Shown: positions 18,261-28,035, counted from the first letter of the stretch. The stretch is DNA of 64,000 nt from a candidate division WWE3 bacterium RIFOXYC1_FULL_40_10 (GCA_001773215.1 MEWB01000001.1:5964-69963), one strand, 5' to 3'. The notes: a model not told the origin generated them from the sequence alone. Translations and numbers: made by a program.

Positions 18261-19262
18261 TTAAGCTAAAGAGCTAATACATTCTTTACTTTGAAGTTCT
18301 TTATTTACTAGATATCTGGGAGGTTTTTGACCTATCAATACGTCTACAATGTTTTCTGCTGTCATTCGAGCCATTTGGATTCTGGCTTCCCAAGTGGCGC
18401 TGGCTATATGTGGCGTTAAAATCACATTCTGTAGGGCTAATAATTCTTTTTTGATAACAGGTTCTTTTTCAAACACATCAAGTGCCGCCCCCGCAATAAT
18501 GCCATTTTCAAGAGCTGTTGCCAGGGCCGCTTCATTCACAACCGGTCCCCTTGCTGTGTTAATTAAAAAGGCTAAAGGTTTCATTTTTTGAAACTCATTC
18601 TCGCCTATCAGATGTCTTGTATTGTCACATAAGTTGCAGTGGAGCGAAACAACGTCGCTGTTACCCAGCAATTCGTCAAGACTAGCTTTCTTAGCATTTA
18701 ACAGCATCTCTGCCTCGGGATGGGAAGCCGGATCAGTGTAAAGTATTTCCATATCCAGACCATATTTAGCCATCTTTGCAAAGTGCTGGCCAATTCTACC
18801 AAAGCCTATGATCCCTAAAGTTTTTCCCATCATCTTTGGGCCTATAAATCCAAGGGGATCCCAGTATTTGTAGTTGCCTTCTCTACAAAATCTATCAGCC
18901 TCAGATATTTTTCTGGCAAGTGCCATCATTAATGAAAATGCGTGTTCAGCAACAGATTCGGTTAAATCTCCCGGTGTGTTTGCGACGTAAATGCCCTTTT
19001 TAGTTGCCCATTCCGTATCGATATGATCAAACCCAACAGAGTAGGTTGCGATAAGTTTTAAACTGCGCCCTGCCTCCTTGATTATTTCTTTTGTAATTTG
19101 ATCGGGTATAACGGGAACAACAGCATCAACTCCTTTAATAGCCTTTGCTAGGGCGGCAGGAGTGAGTGGTTTACCTTGCCTGTAATCAATTTCGATTCCG
19201 CGGTACTGATGAAGAATGTTGATTCCGGCTTGTGGAATTTCTCTTGTGATCAAAACCCTCAC
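18261..19262 (-). CDS. D-isomer-specific 2-hydroxyacid dehydrogenase (glyoxylate/hydroxypyruvate reductase or PGDH-like)
   Basis: NAD-binding GxGxxG (GIIGFGRIGQ). Catalytic R/E/H arrangement, HIAS motif. Confidence 0.8.
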   Translation of the reverse strand: MRVLITREIPQAGINILHQYRGIEIDYRQGKPLTPAALAKAIKGVDAVVPVIPDQITKEIIKEAGRSLKLIATYSVGFDHIDTEWATKKGIYVANTPGDLTESVAEHAFSLMMALARKISEADRFCREGNYKYWDPLGFIGPKMMGKTLGIIGFGRIGQHFAKMAKYGLDMEILYTDPASHPEAEMLLNAKKASLDELLGNSDVVSLHCNLCDNTRHLIGENEFQKMKPLAFLINTARGPVVNEAALATALENGIIAGAALDVFEKEPVIKKELLALQNVILTPHIASATWEARIQMARMTAENIVDVLIGQKPPRYLVNKELQSKECISSLA

Positions 19263-19281
19263 ATGGAAATTGTACCAGTAA

Positions 19282-19307
19282 GGTCAGATCTTGTACAAGG
19301 TCTGACC
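19282..19307. repeat. 26-bp palindrome GGTCAGATCTTGTACAAGGTCTGACC in a divergent promoter region
   Basis: Near-perfect inverted repeat. The half-site TAAGGTCAGA recurs at 25465..25479. Confidence 0.6.
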
Positions 19308-19329
19308 CTGTATGTAATAATATAAATTA

Positions 19330-20970
19330 ATGCCAAGAAAATATTATTATGTCCTATTAATTAGCCTTTCGTTGTTTGTAAATACTCACACTTTTGCCAG
19401 TACAAAGAAACATTTTTATAACAATGGTGAAGTTCTAAATACGGTGGAGATTAATGACAGCACAGCGAACGGACCGGTGCTCACTAATTCTGATTACTAT
19501 GGTTATGCAGTAGAAAATATGGGAGATTTGGATGGTGATCAAATTCAAGATTTAGTTGTTGGTGCTAGACTGGATGATAATGGGGGAAATGGAAGGGGTG
19601 CAGTTCATATAAATTTTATGAACAGAGATGGCTCAGTTAAAAGCACGGTAGAGATTAACGATGGAACGGCAAATGGCCCTGTGCTCATAAATTCCGACTA
19701 TTATGGAACTTCCGCTGGAAATCTTGGGGACTTAGATGGAGATGGGATAAATGATCTGGCGGTCGGTGCCAGCTTTGATGATGCTGGGGGTACATCCAGG
19801 GGAGCAGTACATATTCATTTTATGAGTATGGACGGCTCTGTGAAAAGCTCAGTGGAGATAAACGATACTACTGTCAATGGACCCACCTTGGCTAATAACG
19901 ACCAATATGGAGACTCCTTAGAAGGTATCGGGGACTTGAATGGCGATGGAATACCTGATTTGGCCGTTGGATCAAAGGGTGACAATGGTGGCACAGACAG
20001 AGGTTCGATGTTTCTCCACTTTTTAAATAGGGATGGGTCTATAAAGAGCACAGTGGAAGTAAATGACAGCACATTGAATGGACCGGAGCTGAGTGATTCT
20101 GATTTTTATGGTTGTTCTATTACAAACCTTGGTGACTTAAACAGCGATGGAATACTTGATTTGGCGGTTGGCGCCTTTGGGGACAGCACAGGGGGCACAA
20201 GTAGGGGAGCTGTTTACATTCACTTTATGAGCACTGATGGTTCAATAAAGAGTACTGTTGAAATAAACGATGAAACAACAAATGGCCCTGAGTTGAGTGA
20301 CAGCGACTATTACGGATTTTCAATTGCCAATATTGGAGATTTGAATGGAGATAAAGTACAGGATTTGGCGATAGGTGCACGATTAGACGATAATGGCGGT
20401 ACTAGTCGAGGTGCAGTTCATATAAATTTTATGAACAGAGATGGTTCAGTTATAAACACGATTGAAATAAATGATGGTACTGAAAATGGACCTGTCTTAG
20501 CAGACACCGATATCTTTGGCCAATCTGTTGCCTACTTAGGGGATTTAAATAATGATGGTATTCAAGACTTGACCGTTGGTGCGTTTGGAGACGATAACGG
20601 TGGGACCGACCGCGGAGCAGTACATATTTTATTCATGAAACCTTTTTACACCCTTACCTTTCTCAAAGACACCTCCTGTAAAGACAGAGAACCTGAAGAA
20701 ACAACATGGCTTCAGCTCGCACCCAAAGACAATGGAATGTACCTAACCTGGACACAATACTCCTCCGACTATGTAGATATCAGGATTGATGATGGAACCG
20801 GAAGTTATCCATGGGAATTAGATAAAACAAAAAACGACGGGCATGAGTTTCTCCCAAACGTAGCATCTTGGCAGAAGATAAAAGTTAGAGGAATAAACGG
20901 ATGCAGGGAGGGGGATTTTTCTGCGGAAGTCTCGTATTCGAGCTATCCAATAGGATGGTATAACGAATAA
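19330..20970 (+). CDS. secreted FG-GAP repeat protein (integrin-alpha-like beta-propeller) with C-terminal domain
   Basis: Signal peptide, then about 6 tandem 67-aa repeats with GDLDGDGxxDLxVGA (FG-GAP/Ca-binding) motifs. C-terminal roughly 110 aa is unrelated. Confidence 0.75.
   Translation: MPRKYYYVLLISLSLFVNTHTFASTKKHFYNNGEVLNTVEINDSTANGPVLTNSDYYGYAVENMGDLDGDQIQDLVVGARLDDNGGNGRGAVHINFMNRDGSVKSTVEINDGTANGPVLINSDYYGTSAGNLGDLDGDGINDLAVGASFDDAGGTSRGAVHIHFMSMDGSVKSSVEINDTTVNGPTLANNDQYGDSLEGIGDLNGDGIPDLAVGSKGDNGGTDRGSMFLHFLNRDGSIKSTVEVNDSTLNGPELSDSDFYGCSITNLGDLNSDGILDLAVGAFGDSTGGTSRGAVYIHFMSTDGSIKSTVEINDETTNGPELSDSDYYGFSIANIGDLNGDKVQDLAIGARLDDNGGTSRGAVHINFMNRDGSVINTIEINDGTENGPVLADTDIFGQSVAYLGDLNNDGIQDLTVGAFGDDNGGTDRGAVHILFMKPFYTLTFLKDTSCKDREPEETTWLQLAPKDNGMYLTWTQYSSDYVDIRIDDGTGSYPWELDKTKNDGHEFLPNVASWQKIKVRGINGCREGDFSAEVSYSSYPIGWYNE
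19425..20640 (+). repeat. intragenic tandem repeat, period about 201 bp (about 6 units)
   Basis: Units share 40-nt-plus identical stretches (for example GGTGCAGTTCATATAAATTTTATGAACAGAGATGG at 19590 and 20400). Confidence 0.8.
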
Positions 20971-20973
20971 AAA

Positions 20974-21006
20974 AAGAGAGGCTTACCGTGGTATAAACCT
21001 CTCTTA
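20974..21006. terminator. bidirectional terminator hairpin between convergent genes
   Basis: AAGAGAGG...CCTCTCTT 8-bp stem flanked by A/T runs. Confidence 0.6.
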
Positions 21007-21013
21007 ACGTCTC

Positions 21014-21283
21014 TCATTCATCGCTTCCCTCTTCTTCGAGAATGAGTTGTACTATCACGTCATCTCCAAAGTAAGCGGGGATCATTTCTGCAAGTCTAGC
21101 ATTCACAGGAGCTCCATCATCATCATGATAAAGTTTGATTTTCTCCCACGGTGCTGTGTATGCCAATCCGTTCTTGGAGGATTCATCCCCATGGAACATG
21201 AATCTTTGCCCAACTTCGATTTGGGCAAATTCGGTTGCCTTGAGAGAGTATCTCTTTTTCTTCAAGGTCACTCCGCTGTTCAT
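21014..21283 (-). CDS. hypothetical small protein (paralog of the next gene)
   Basis: 89 aa. Shares the pattern Y.K..F..V..RF...G..W.K...G...A.L...F..D.VV.QL with 21299..21553. Confidence 0.5.
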   Translation of the reverse strand: MNSGVTLKKKRYSLKATEFAQIEVGQRFMFHGDESSKNGLAYTAPWEKIKLYHDDDGAPVNARLAEMIPAYFGDDVIVQLILEEEGSDE

Positions 21284-21298
21284 AGTACCTCCTTTCGG

Positions 21299-21553
21299 TT
21301 AAGATTCGATTGCCGGGGAGAGTTGCCATACTACGGTATCGTTAGAAAATTTGCCGAATAGATCATCTAGATGAGCATTGGTGATTTCGCCAGGTAAGCC
21401 TGGCATAGGTTTGACGTTGGTTTTAGTCCAAGGTCCTTGATAGCCTTCGGGACTTTCAGGAGTGATAAATCTGGCATTCACTTTTAGGTCCCCGAATAAG
21501 CCTCGTTTCACAAAGTAGCTAGCATCACCTAATTGGATAATAGTCCTGTCCAT
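21299..21553 (-). CDS. hypothetical small protein (tandem paralog)
   Basis: 84 aa, see the previous entry. Confidence 0.5.
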   Translation of the reverse strand: MDRTIIQLGDASYFVKRGLFGDLKVNARFITPESPEGYQGPWTKTNVKPMPGLPGEITNAHLDDLFGKFSNDTVVWQLSPAIES

Positions 21554-21596
21554 TTCTCCTCCAATCTCAATATCTATAAGCTATTATACCACCAGT

Positions 21597-22466
21597 CTAT
21601 AGTTTTCCGGCACTACCGAATAACTTTATTTTCCCCTCAACTACTTTACGAACTTCATCTATTGGTTTGGCCATCACTTTGTAAATGGCTATTTCGTTTG
21701 TATTGTTTAACACTTCTTGCAGAGTCATCTTAAAAGCTATGCGCATTTCGGAATTGACGTTAACTTTTACAATACCGTAATCGCTTATTGCCCTTATAAC
21801 ATCAGCCTCAATAATTCCCGAACCACCGTGAAGTGAAAAATAAGTATCCGGATTTAGTTCCCGTAATTTTGCCAATACCTCAAAACTAATATGTTTTGGA
21901 GTTTTATATAGTCCGTGTAGATTGCCAAAAAATCCTGCAAATACATCAATCCCCGTTTCGGAAATAAACTTTTGGGCTTTCTCCGGGTTCGTATACAATT
22001 TAGCGTCTTGAAAGGACTCGGAAGCCTGTTCAGTGTGGTCTGCGGAACTTCCCTCGATATGATCGATCTCACTTTCTATCGGAATTCCTGCCTTATGAGC
22101 ATAGTCGGCTAACTGGCGGGCGTTAGTTACAGCCTCAGAGAATTCCACTTTTCCGGCATCATAGTGCACATAGTCGAATCCGGCATCAATTGCCTGTTTT
22201 ACCATTTGAGGATCAGTTCCATGGTCAAGATTTAAAATTATGGGAAGGTTCAGATCTTCTTCAAAAGACCGGACCAAGGCAACTATTTGATTTACTCCGA
22301 TATACGCCACCTCTCCGGGGGATGCCTCTATAAATAGGGGGGACTTAAGATTGATACCTGCTTGAGTAACTGCTTTAATAGTTTCTAAATTTGCGGCATT
22401 AAACGCGCCAATAGCAAATTTTTCAGCTTTGGCTTTTTGTAGATAAGTGTAGGCCTTGCCGCTCAT
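21597..22466 (-). CDS. fba: class II fructose-bisphosphate aldolase
   Basis: Start MSGKAYTYL. Zn-binding His residues, DHG and HGGSG motifs. About 290 aa. Confidence 0.85.
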   Translation of the reverse strand: MSGKAYTYLQKAKAEKFAIGAFNAANLETIKAVTQAGINLKSPLFIEASPGEVAYIGVNQIVALVRSFEEDLNLPIILNLDHGTDPQMVKQAIDAGFDYVHYDAGKVEFSEAVTNARQLADYAHKAGIPIESEIDHIEGSSADHTEQASESFQDAKLYTNPEKAQKFISETGIDVFAGFFGNLHGLYKTPKHISFEVLAKLRELNPDTYFSLHGGSGIIEADVIRAISDYGIVKVNVNSEMRIAFKMTLQEVLNNTNEIAIYKVMAKPIDEVRKVVEGKIKLFGSAGKL

Positions 22467-23425
22467 AATTTTTCGATCTCCTTTAGTGATAATAGACCTT
22501 TGTTTGCTCCAACTTCTCTTATTGCATAACTTGAATTGATAGTTCCCCACTTTAATGCCTCCTTCATGCTCTTTCCATGAATAATTGCCGACATAAACCC
22601 CGCCGAAAAAGCATCCCCGGCCCCTGTTTTATTATCTACCGGCTTGTGCGCTATTTCATATATTTGGCGCTGTTCAAATTTTCCGGTTACGTCTTTTGCA
22701 GTAGCGCCGTTTTTTCCGTCGGTAATTACTGTCAGTTTGGGACCGAGTTTGTGCAAGTGATTGTGTATTTCCGAAACATTGGAATCGTAGTGAAGTTCAG
22801 TGAGCTTTATCGCTTCTTCTCTATTTACAATTAATATATCGGTAATAGAGAACACATTTTTAAGTTTATCAATCCCCGCTTTCATGTGAACCGTTCCCGG
22901 ATTCATCGCAAGTCCTGTACCAGTCCTTTTAACGTGTTCAATGAGCTTTGCCTGAAATTCTGGAAAATTCTCGGCTAATGAAGTGTAATAAATCCACTTT
23001 GTTTGGGGCCATTTGGTAATTTTATAGTTGAATTTTTCGTGATAGCTAAAAATTGTTCTGTCTGTACCAAAAACAATAATGGGGTGAACGTTTGTCATTT
23101 TTCCCTTGTTTATTACAACGGTTTTTATTCCCACTCTTCCGTTTTTTAATATTTGAATAACAAGTTTTGCATTTTGGTCATTGCCCAGTTCCGTGTAAAT
23201 TCCGGTCTTAACACCTAATTTGGCGCATCCCAATGCAACATTCACAGCGTTGCCCGCCACCGCAGATTCAAAGCTATTTACCATTATTTTAGTTCCGTGA
23301 AAAAAACAAACTTTACCCTGATACGGATCAAGTTCAGTATCAGAAATTCTCATGTATAAATCTATAGCGCTGTCGCCAATGGTGAGTAAATCTAAGGGCA
23401 TTACAATAATAATAGCACAACTCAT
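22463..23425 (-). CDS. PfkB-family carbohydrate kinase (ribokinase/1-phosphofructokinase-like)
   Basis: GG dipeptide region and C-terminal GAGDAFSAGF anion-hole motif. Start ambiguous (possibly 23401). Confidence 0.75.
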   Translation of the reverse strand: MSCAIIIVMPLDLLTIGDSAIDLYMRISDTELDPYQGKVCFFHGTKIMVNSFESAVAGNAVNVALGCAKLGVKTGIYTELGNDQNAKLVIQILKNGRVGIKTVVINKGKMTNVHPIIVFGTDRTIFSYHEKFNYKITKWPQTKWIYYTSLAENFPEFQAKLIEHVKRTGTGLAMNPGTVHMKAGIDKLKNVFSITDILIVNREEAIKLTELHYDSNVSEIHNHLHKLGPKLTVITDGKNGATAKDVTGKFEQRQIYEIAHKPVDNKTGAGDAFSAGFMSAIIHGKSMKEALKWGTINSSYAIREVGANKGLLSLKEIEKL

Positions 23426-23484
23426 GTTGCTTATATGTAAGCCCTATAGTACAATATTTTCCAAATATCCCATGGAGGTAAACA

Positions 23485-23873
23485 TGTTTCGATTGGTAAA
23501 CGGTTTCAACCTGAGCACTAAGGGGAAGAGTGTTGGGTTCGTGATATTCATTGCTGATACCAATGGTCCTGGAAGGATGCGAAACGAGAGTTTTGTACTG
23601 CAAGATAAATCCCGAAACACTGTGGCTAATTTTGCGGCGTCAGTTTTGTATAAACTGGAAATTGGAAATTATAGATGGGATAAGGAAGTGTTGAGTGCAC
23701 ATTTGGGAACGGAGGGGCCCTTTGTTGACTTAATCGAAATTTCCAGAGAAGGATCCGATATATTTCCTCGGATGTACAAGATTTCGAGCATCCGTAACCC
23801 TTCAGTGTATGTCATTGTGGGTGAAGATGTCCTAAAGGAATTTCTCACAGAGTTAAAAGAATATTTTGAGTAG
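23485..23873 (+). CDS. hypothetical protein
   Basis: 129 aa from ATG with RBS GGAGGT. Confidence 0.45.
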
Positions 23874-23899
23874 CAGATTTAAGGTCCTTGGGATACAAC

Positions 23900-24835
23900 T
23901 CACAGGGCCTTAATTTTTTCAGCAATACTTTTTGAGTCTAGGCAAAATTTTTGCAATAAATCCTCATAGCTACCTGATACACCAAATGCATCATTAACAC
24001 CCAGGCGTGTGATAGTCATTGGTACCTTATGTTCATTCAGCATTTCAAGCACGGCACTCCCAAATCCCCCGCTCAACTGATGTTCTTCCACAGTTAATAC
24101 TTTTCCGGTTTTGCTTATGGATTTCAGAATTGTTTCGGCATCAAGGGGTTTAATCGTAGGACAGGCGATCAGCTCGATATCCTTATCCAGCATTTCCATG
24201 GCCTTAAGCACTTCCGCTGTGATTACTCCCGTGCAGAGTACCGTTATAGCAGATCCTTTTCTCAAGACGTAGGTTTTTCCGATTTGAAAATCATCCTTTT
24301 CTGAAGTGATACACTCCGTATCTGTTTTAGATAATCTAATGTACACAGGTCCCTTATACTTAACAGCCTCCGACACAGCCTTTATAGTTTGGTAATAATC
24401 AATAGGGGATATAACCGTCATTTTTGGTAAAACTCTCATCAAGGCAATATCTTCTAAAGCCTCCGCGGTTTGGCCATCGGGCGCATTCGAAAAGCCACTG
24501 TGTGTACTGGCGATTTTCACATTAGCTCCATTTTCTCCACTCATACAAATCGAAACTCTTATTTGATCCCAGTTTCTCGAAGGACTAAACGCGGCGTGGG
24601 ATGTTATAAAAGGAATTTTGTTACACAAAGAAAGCCCTGCGGCAATACTTGCCATGTTCTGTTCGGCTATACCTGTTTGGATAAATCGATTCGGGAATTT
24701 TTTTGCAAATTTGTCGACTCTAACAGACTCTGTTAAATCGGCAGACAATACTACGATGTCAGGGTTTTCCCCCAACTCCAGCAGACTATCTCCAAGCCCG
24801 TCTCGGGTAGATTTTTTTTCGATTTCCATGGGCAA
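23900..24835 (-). CDS. tktB: transketolase, C-terminal subunit (pyrimidine-binding + C-terminal domains)
   Basis: 311 aa. FIQTGIAEQNMASIAAGLS motif of the transketolase Pyr domain. Confidence 0.85.
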   Translation of the reverse strand: MPMEIEKKSTRDGLGDSLLELGENPDIVVLSADLTESVRVDKFAKKFPNRFIQTGIAEQNMASIAAGLSLCNKIPFITSHAAFSPSRNWDQIRVSICMSGENGANVKIASTHSGFSNAPDGQTAEALEDIALMRVLPKMTVISPIDYYQTIKAVSEAVKYKGPVYIRLSKTDTECITSEKDDFQIGKTYVLRKGSAITVLCTGVITAEVLKAMEMLDKDIELIACPTIKPLDAETILKSISKTGKVLTVEEHQLSGGFGSAVLEMLNEHKVPMTITRLGVNDAFGVSGSYEDLLQKFCLDSKSIAEKIKAL

Positions 24836-24836
24836 T

Positions 24837-25418
24837 TTATAGGGCTACTACTTCATCTTCCGAGGTCTGTTGTGTATTGTCTTCCGGTTCACAAGAATCA
24901 ACCCTTTTTACTCTTTCAAATTCAATAGTCCAGTCGGTCTTTGATATGGCGACCATGTCTACCGAAACATTAGGATCGTTTTCCAATACACAATTATCTC
25001 CTTTTTCTGTTTCTAGCACGGAGACCACGAGAGTTTTGCTGTCCTTTTTCTCATATATTTTCTTAATTTTTAAAGAATGACCTGTTTCCTTCTCGGATTC
25101 GGTAGATGCGGCTATCAGCATTTCCTTATTAAAATCAACAGGATCTCTAAGAATTGTGAGCCCTGTGGTATCTACTAAATTCAAGAACTTGCTTAATTCC
25201 TCCTCAGTTCTAATTACTAGTCTTTGTTTTTCAATCTCGGTATCTACATAAATAACGGTCGGGAACCCTTCCATTCTTCTTAGTTGAAAGCCTCGAGTCC
25301 ACTTGCTTAGATCAATTTCTCCTCTCAAAAGCATATAACCCGCTCCGGCAATTAAAACTAAGATAATTACCAGGGGAACCATACTCATATTTAATGTTGT
25401 TTGCTGTCTATTAGTCAT
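24837..25418 (-). CDS. hypothetical membrane-anchored protein located between the transketolase subunit genes
   Basis: 193 aa with a single N-terminal TM helix. Confidence 0.5.
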   Translation of the reverse strand: MTNRQQTTLNMSMVPLVIILVLIAGAGYMLLRGEIDLSKWTRGFQLRRMEGFPTVIYVDTEIEKQRLVIRTEEELSKFLNLVDTTGLTILRDPVDFNKEMLIAASTESEKETGHSLKIKKIYEKKDSKTLVVSVLETEKGDNCVLENDPNVSVDMVAISKTDWTIEFERVKRVDSCEPEDNTQQTSEDEVVAL

Positions 25419-25469
25419 ATTGTATATTCTATCAGGCAGTTGCTAATGTGCAACCCGCAGGTTGTAAGG

Positions 25470-26357
25470 TCAGACCTTGCTTATTCTGTTTGACAGTGTG
25501 CTTAATTCGGCCAATGCTTTCTTGGCTTCTGTCTTGTTAAAGGATTTGCCGTGCCATTCGTATTTATTTTCCATAAAATCAATCCCTTTGCCGGGTGTAG
25601 TATTCGCAATAATTGCCGACGGCCTTTGGGTAACATTTCTTGCCATGTTACAAGCGCTAACTATTTCTTCAATATCGTGCCCATTGATTTCCATAACATT
25701 CCAATTAAAAGCCTCTAATTTAGCTCTTAGTTGCTCCAACGGCATCAATTCTTCAGTGTTTCCACTCAGTTGAATTCTGTTCCTATCAATAATCCACGCT
25801 AAGTTAGCAAGATTATATTTTGGTGCTAACATTGCCGCTTCCCAAATTTGTCCTTCCTGAAGCTCTCCATCTCCGGTAATGCAATAAACACGATAATCCT
25901 TTTGGTCTATTATTGCCGCTAATGCCATGCCAATTGCTTGTGATAATCCCTGTCCCAAACTCCCGCTTGTATTCTCAATGCCGGGAATCGAGGCTAAAAC
26001 CGGATGACCCTGGAGTGGGGAGTCGAATTTTCTCAATTTCCAAAGAAGTTTCTCGTCAAAATATCCCCTTTCTGCAAGGGTAGCGTACCACACAGGAACC
26101 ATATGCCCAGCAGATAAAACTAACCGATCTCTGTTGGGGTCATCAGGTTTGTGGGGGTCAATGTTCATAACTTCAAAATACAAAGCAGCGAATACCTCGG
26201 CCATGCCGATAGCCCCGGCAGGGTGTCCGGATCCCGCTTCCAAAAGCATTGTAACGATATTCTTGCGTATTTTAATGGCAAGTTCTTCAAGGTGGCAGAT
26301 CTTATTTAGCACTCTCAAAATTATATCAGGTACTAGTGATATAATGTCGGATATCAA
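25470..26357 (-). CDS. tktA: transketolase, N-terminal subunit (TPP-binding)
   Basis: 295 aa. GHPAGAIGMAEVFAALY and the GDG..QEG TPP motif. Confidence 0.85.
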   Translation of the reverse strand: MISDIISLVPDIILRVLNKICHLEELAIKIRKNIVTMLLEAGSGHPAGAIGMAEVFAALYFEVMNIDPHKPDDPNRDRLVLSAGHMVPVWYATLAERGYFDEKLLWKLRKFDSPLQGHPVLASIPGIENTSGSLGQGLSQAIGMALAAIIDQKDYRVYCITGDGELQEGQIWEAAMLAPKYNLANLAWIIDRNRIQLSGNTEELMPLEQLRAKLEAFNWNVMEINGHDIEEIVSACNMARNVTQRPSAIIANTTPGKGIDFMENKYEWHGKSFNKTEAKKALAELSTLSNRISKV

Positions 26358-26368
26358 AGGAGTGGTAT

Positions 26369-26764
26369 ATGGATAAAAACAAATGGTTGCTACATCTCGG
26401 TGTCCTTGTCCTAGCAGTTTTGTTTCTTGTTTTTACTGTTATTCTGGATACTGAGCCCCCTTCCGTTCAGTGGTATGCGTACAAGGTTGTTACAGTTCTG
26501 TTAGCAATACCCGTTCTATATTTGGTTCAAAAAATCCAAAACCAGGAGGGAAGTTTAGACAGGTTAGGAGGGAGGGAAATTATGCTTATGGACCTGGTAA
26601 AGTGGTCCATGATTTTCGTCTTGCTTATGGTACCACTACTGTTAACAATGGGGCAGAAGTATGGCATTGTGGATAGTGCACTATATTTGGCATCAGCAGG
26701 TTCAGAGATGTTTGTTGTGTTAGCTGGAGTAATTCCGGGAATGGGAAGATGCGAGGTTGTATGA
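26369..26764 (+). CDS. hypothetical membrane protein
   Basis: 131 aa, 4 hydrophobic helices. Confidence 0.5.
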   Translation: MDKNKWLLHLGVLVLAVLFLVFTVILDTEPPSVQWYAYKVVTVLLAIPVLYLVQKIQNQEGSLDRLGGREIMLMDLVKWSMIFVLLMVPLLLTMGQKYGIVDSALYLASAGSEMFVVLAGVIPGMGRCEVV

Positions 26765-26777
26765 GATAAAGAAACAG

Positions 26778-26814
26778 ACCTGTTTGGAGCGAAACCCGGA
26801 CAGGTTTATTTTTC
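26778..26814. terminator. bidirectional terminator hairpin between convergent genes
   Basis: ACCTGT...ACAGGT stem plus a T-run. Confidence 0.4.
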
Positions 26815-27402
26815 GAAGTTTTTTACAAAATCCAAAACTTCTTGCGGAGTGCTACACACTTTTAACATGGATATTTCCTCTTCGATAGTCATATTGGATC
26901 GTAATACGTTTAAAATGCTTTCCCAAAATTTTCCGAATAATATTATAGGTTTATTGTTAGGTTCGTGTATCCAAGAACTTATCCAAGTCATTCCAAATTC
27001 GCTTAATGTACCGATGCTTCCGTTAAAAACGATGTGAATATCTGTATTTTGTAACATTACTTTGGTTCTATCAAAGTAGTCTAGGGTTAAAATTTCCTCG
27101 TCGAACTTATTTTCAAGGTCTGTGCCCTCATAATGTCTTTTGGGTTTGTTAGGGTGATAGGTTATAGCAACGGCCCTCGTCCCGCCCTCATGCGCTCCTT
27201 CTGTGGCGGCTCTCATTACACCGGGTCCACCGCCGTTTATTATTTCGTATCCGTTTTGAGCTAAAATTTTGGCTACTTCGAATGCGTCTTTGTATGTTTG
27301 GTCGGTGTCCTTCCATGCGGCGCCGCCAAGTATTGCGATTTTCACCACGGTTTTTGCATCATACAAGGATGTAATGTTATTCGCTTGGGCAGAATCTTGC
27401 AT
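26806..27402 (-). CDS. LOG family protein (TIGR00730; cytokinin riboside 5'-monophosphate phosphoribohydrolase-like)
   Basis: IAILGGAA...INGGGPGVMRAATEGA..GG motifs. Confidence 0.75.
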   Translation of the reverse strand: MQDSAQANNITSLYDAKTVVKIAILGGAAWKDTDQTYKDAFEVAKILAQNGYEIINGGGPGVMRAATEGAHEGGTRAVAITYHPNKPKRHYEGTDLENKFDEEILTLDYFDRTKVMLQNTDIHIVFNGSIGTLSEFGMTWISSWIHEPNNKPIILFGKFWESILNVLRSNMTIEEEISMLKVCSTPQEVLDFVKNFEK

Positions 27403-27408
27403 ATCCAG

Positions 27409-28035
27409 TTAGTTTAACAGGTATGTGAATTTTTTATAAGTCTCAATGGGATTAGCTGTTCTAAAGATACCGGTTCCAACTACCACATTAGTTACCCCGG
27501 CGTCTCTTAGTTGTGAGATGTTTTCTAGTTTCGCTCCTCCGTCCGATTGAACAGTAATTTGAGGGTATTTTATGCGGAAAGTTTTAATTTTTTCCAGCAC
27601 ATGGGGAAGCAGGGGATTGCCCTGTACTCCTGCTTTTATCGTCATAAACTGAACGTAGTCCACTTTGTTTATCCAAGGTTCAATATTTTCCAGAGGTGTA
27701 TTTTCCAATACTGATATTCCTGTTTCATACCCATGAGCTCTAGCTATCTTTACGAAATCATGGATTTTATCGTAAGCCTCAACCTGGGCACATACTGCTT
27801 TTACATGGGACAGTTTATCTTTTAGGTATAAACATGGATTTTTTGTCATCAAATGAATCTCCAGTTGGGATTTTGATACCAGCTTGTCGATTGTCCCAAT
27901 ATTAAGAAATGTCTTTGTAGGAACTAATGTACCATCTAGAACATCGATTTGAATCTGTTCGGCTACTTCCGAAATGATCGCTAGTTTCTTTTTTATCTCT
28001 TGCAGGTCACTTTCTAAAATTACCGGTATGATCAT
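27409..28035 (-). CDS. rpe: ribulose-phosphate 3-epimerase
   Basis: TIM-barrel pattern: IDVLDG..VP, HLM, C-terminal QSDGG...G..VVVGTGIF. Confidence 0.7.
   Translation of the reverse strand: MIIPVILESDLQEIKKKLAIISEVAEQIQIDVLDGTLVPTKTFLNIGTIDKLVSKSQLEIHLMTKNPCLYLKDKLSHVKAVCAQVEAYDKIHDFVKIARAHGYETGISVLENTPLENIEPWINKVDYVQFMTIKAGVQGNPLLPHVLEKIKTFRIKYPQITVQSDGGAKLENISQLRDAGVTNVVVGTGIFRTANPIETYKKFTYLLN

Noticed and set aside
19330-20970. Diversity-generating retroelement target (variable repeat) in the FG-GAP repeat gene
   Set aside because: No reverse transcriptase gene and no template repeat with adenine-specific differences nearby. The repeats are ordinary intragenic tandem duplications.
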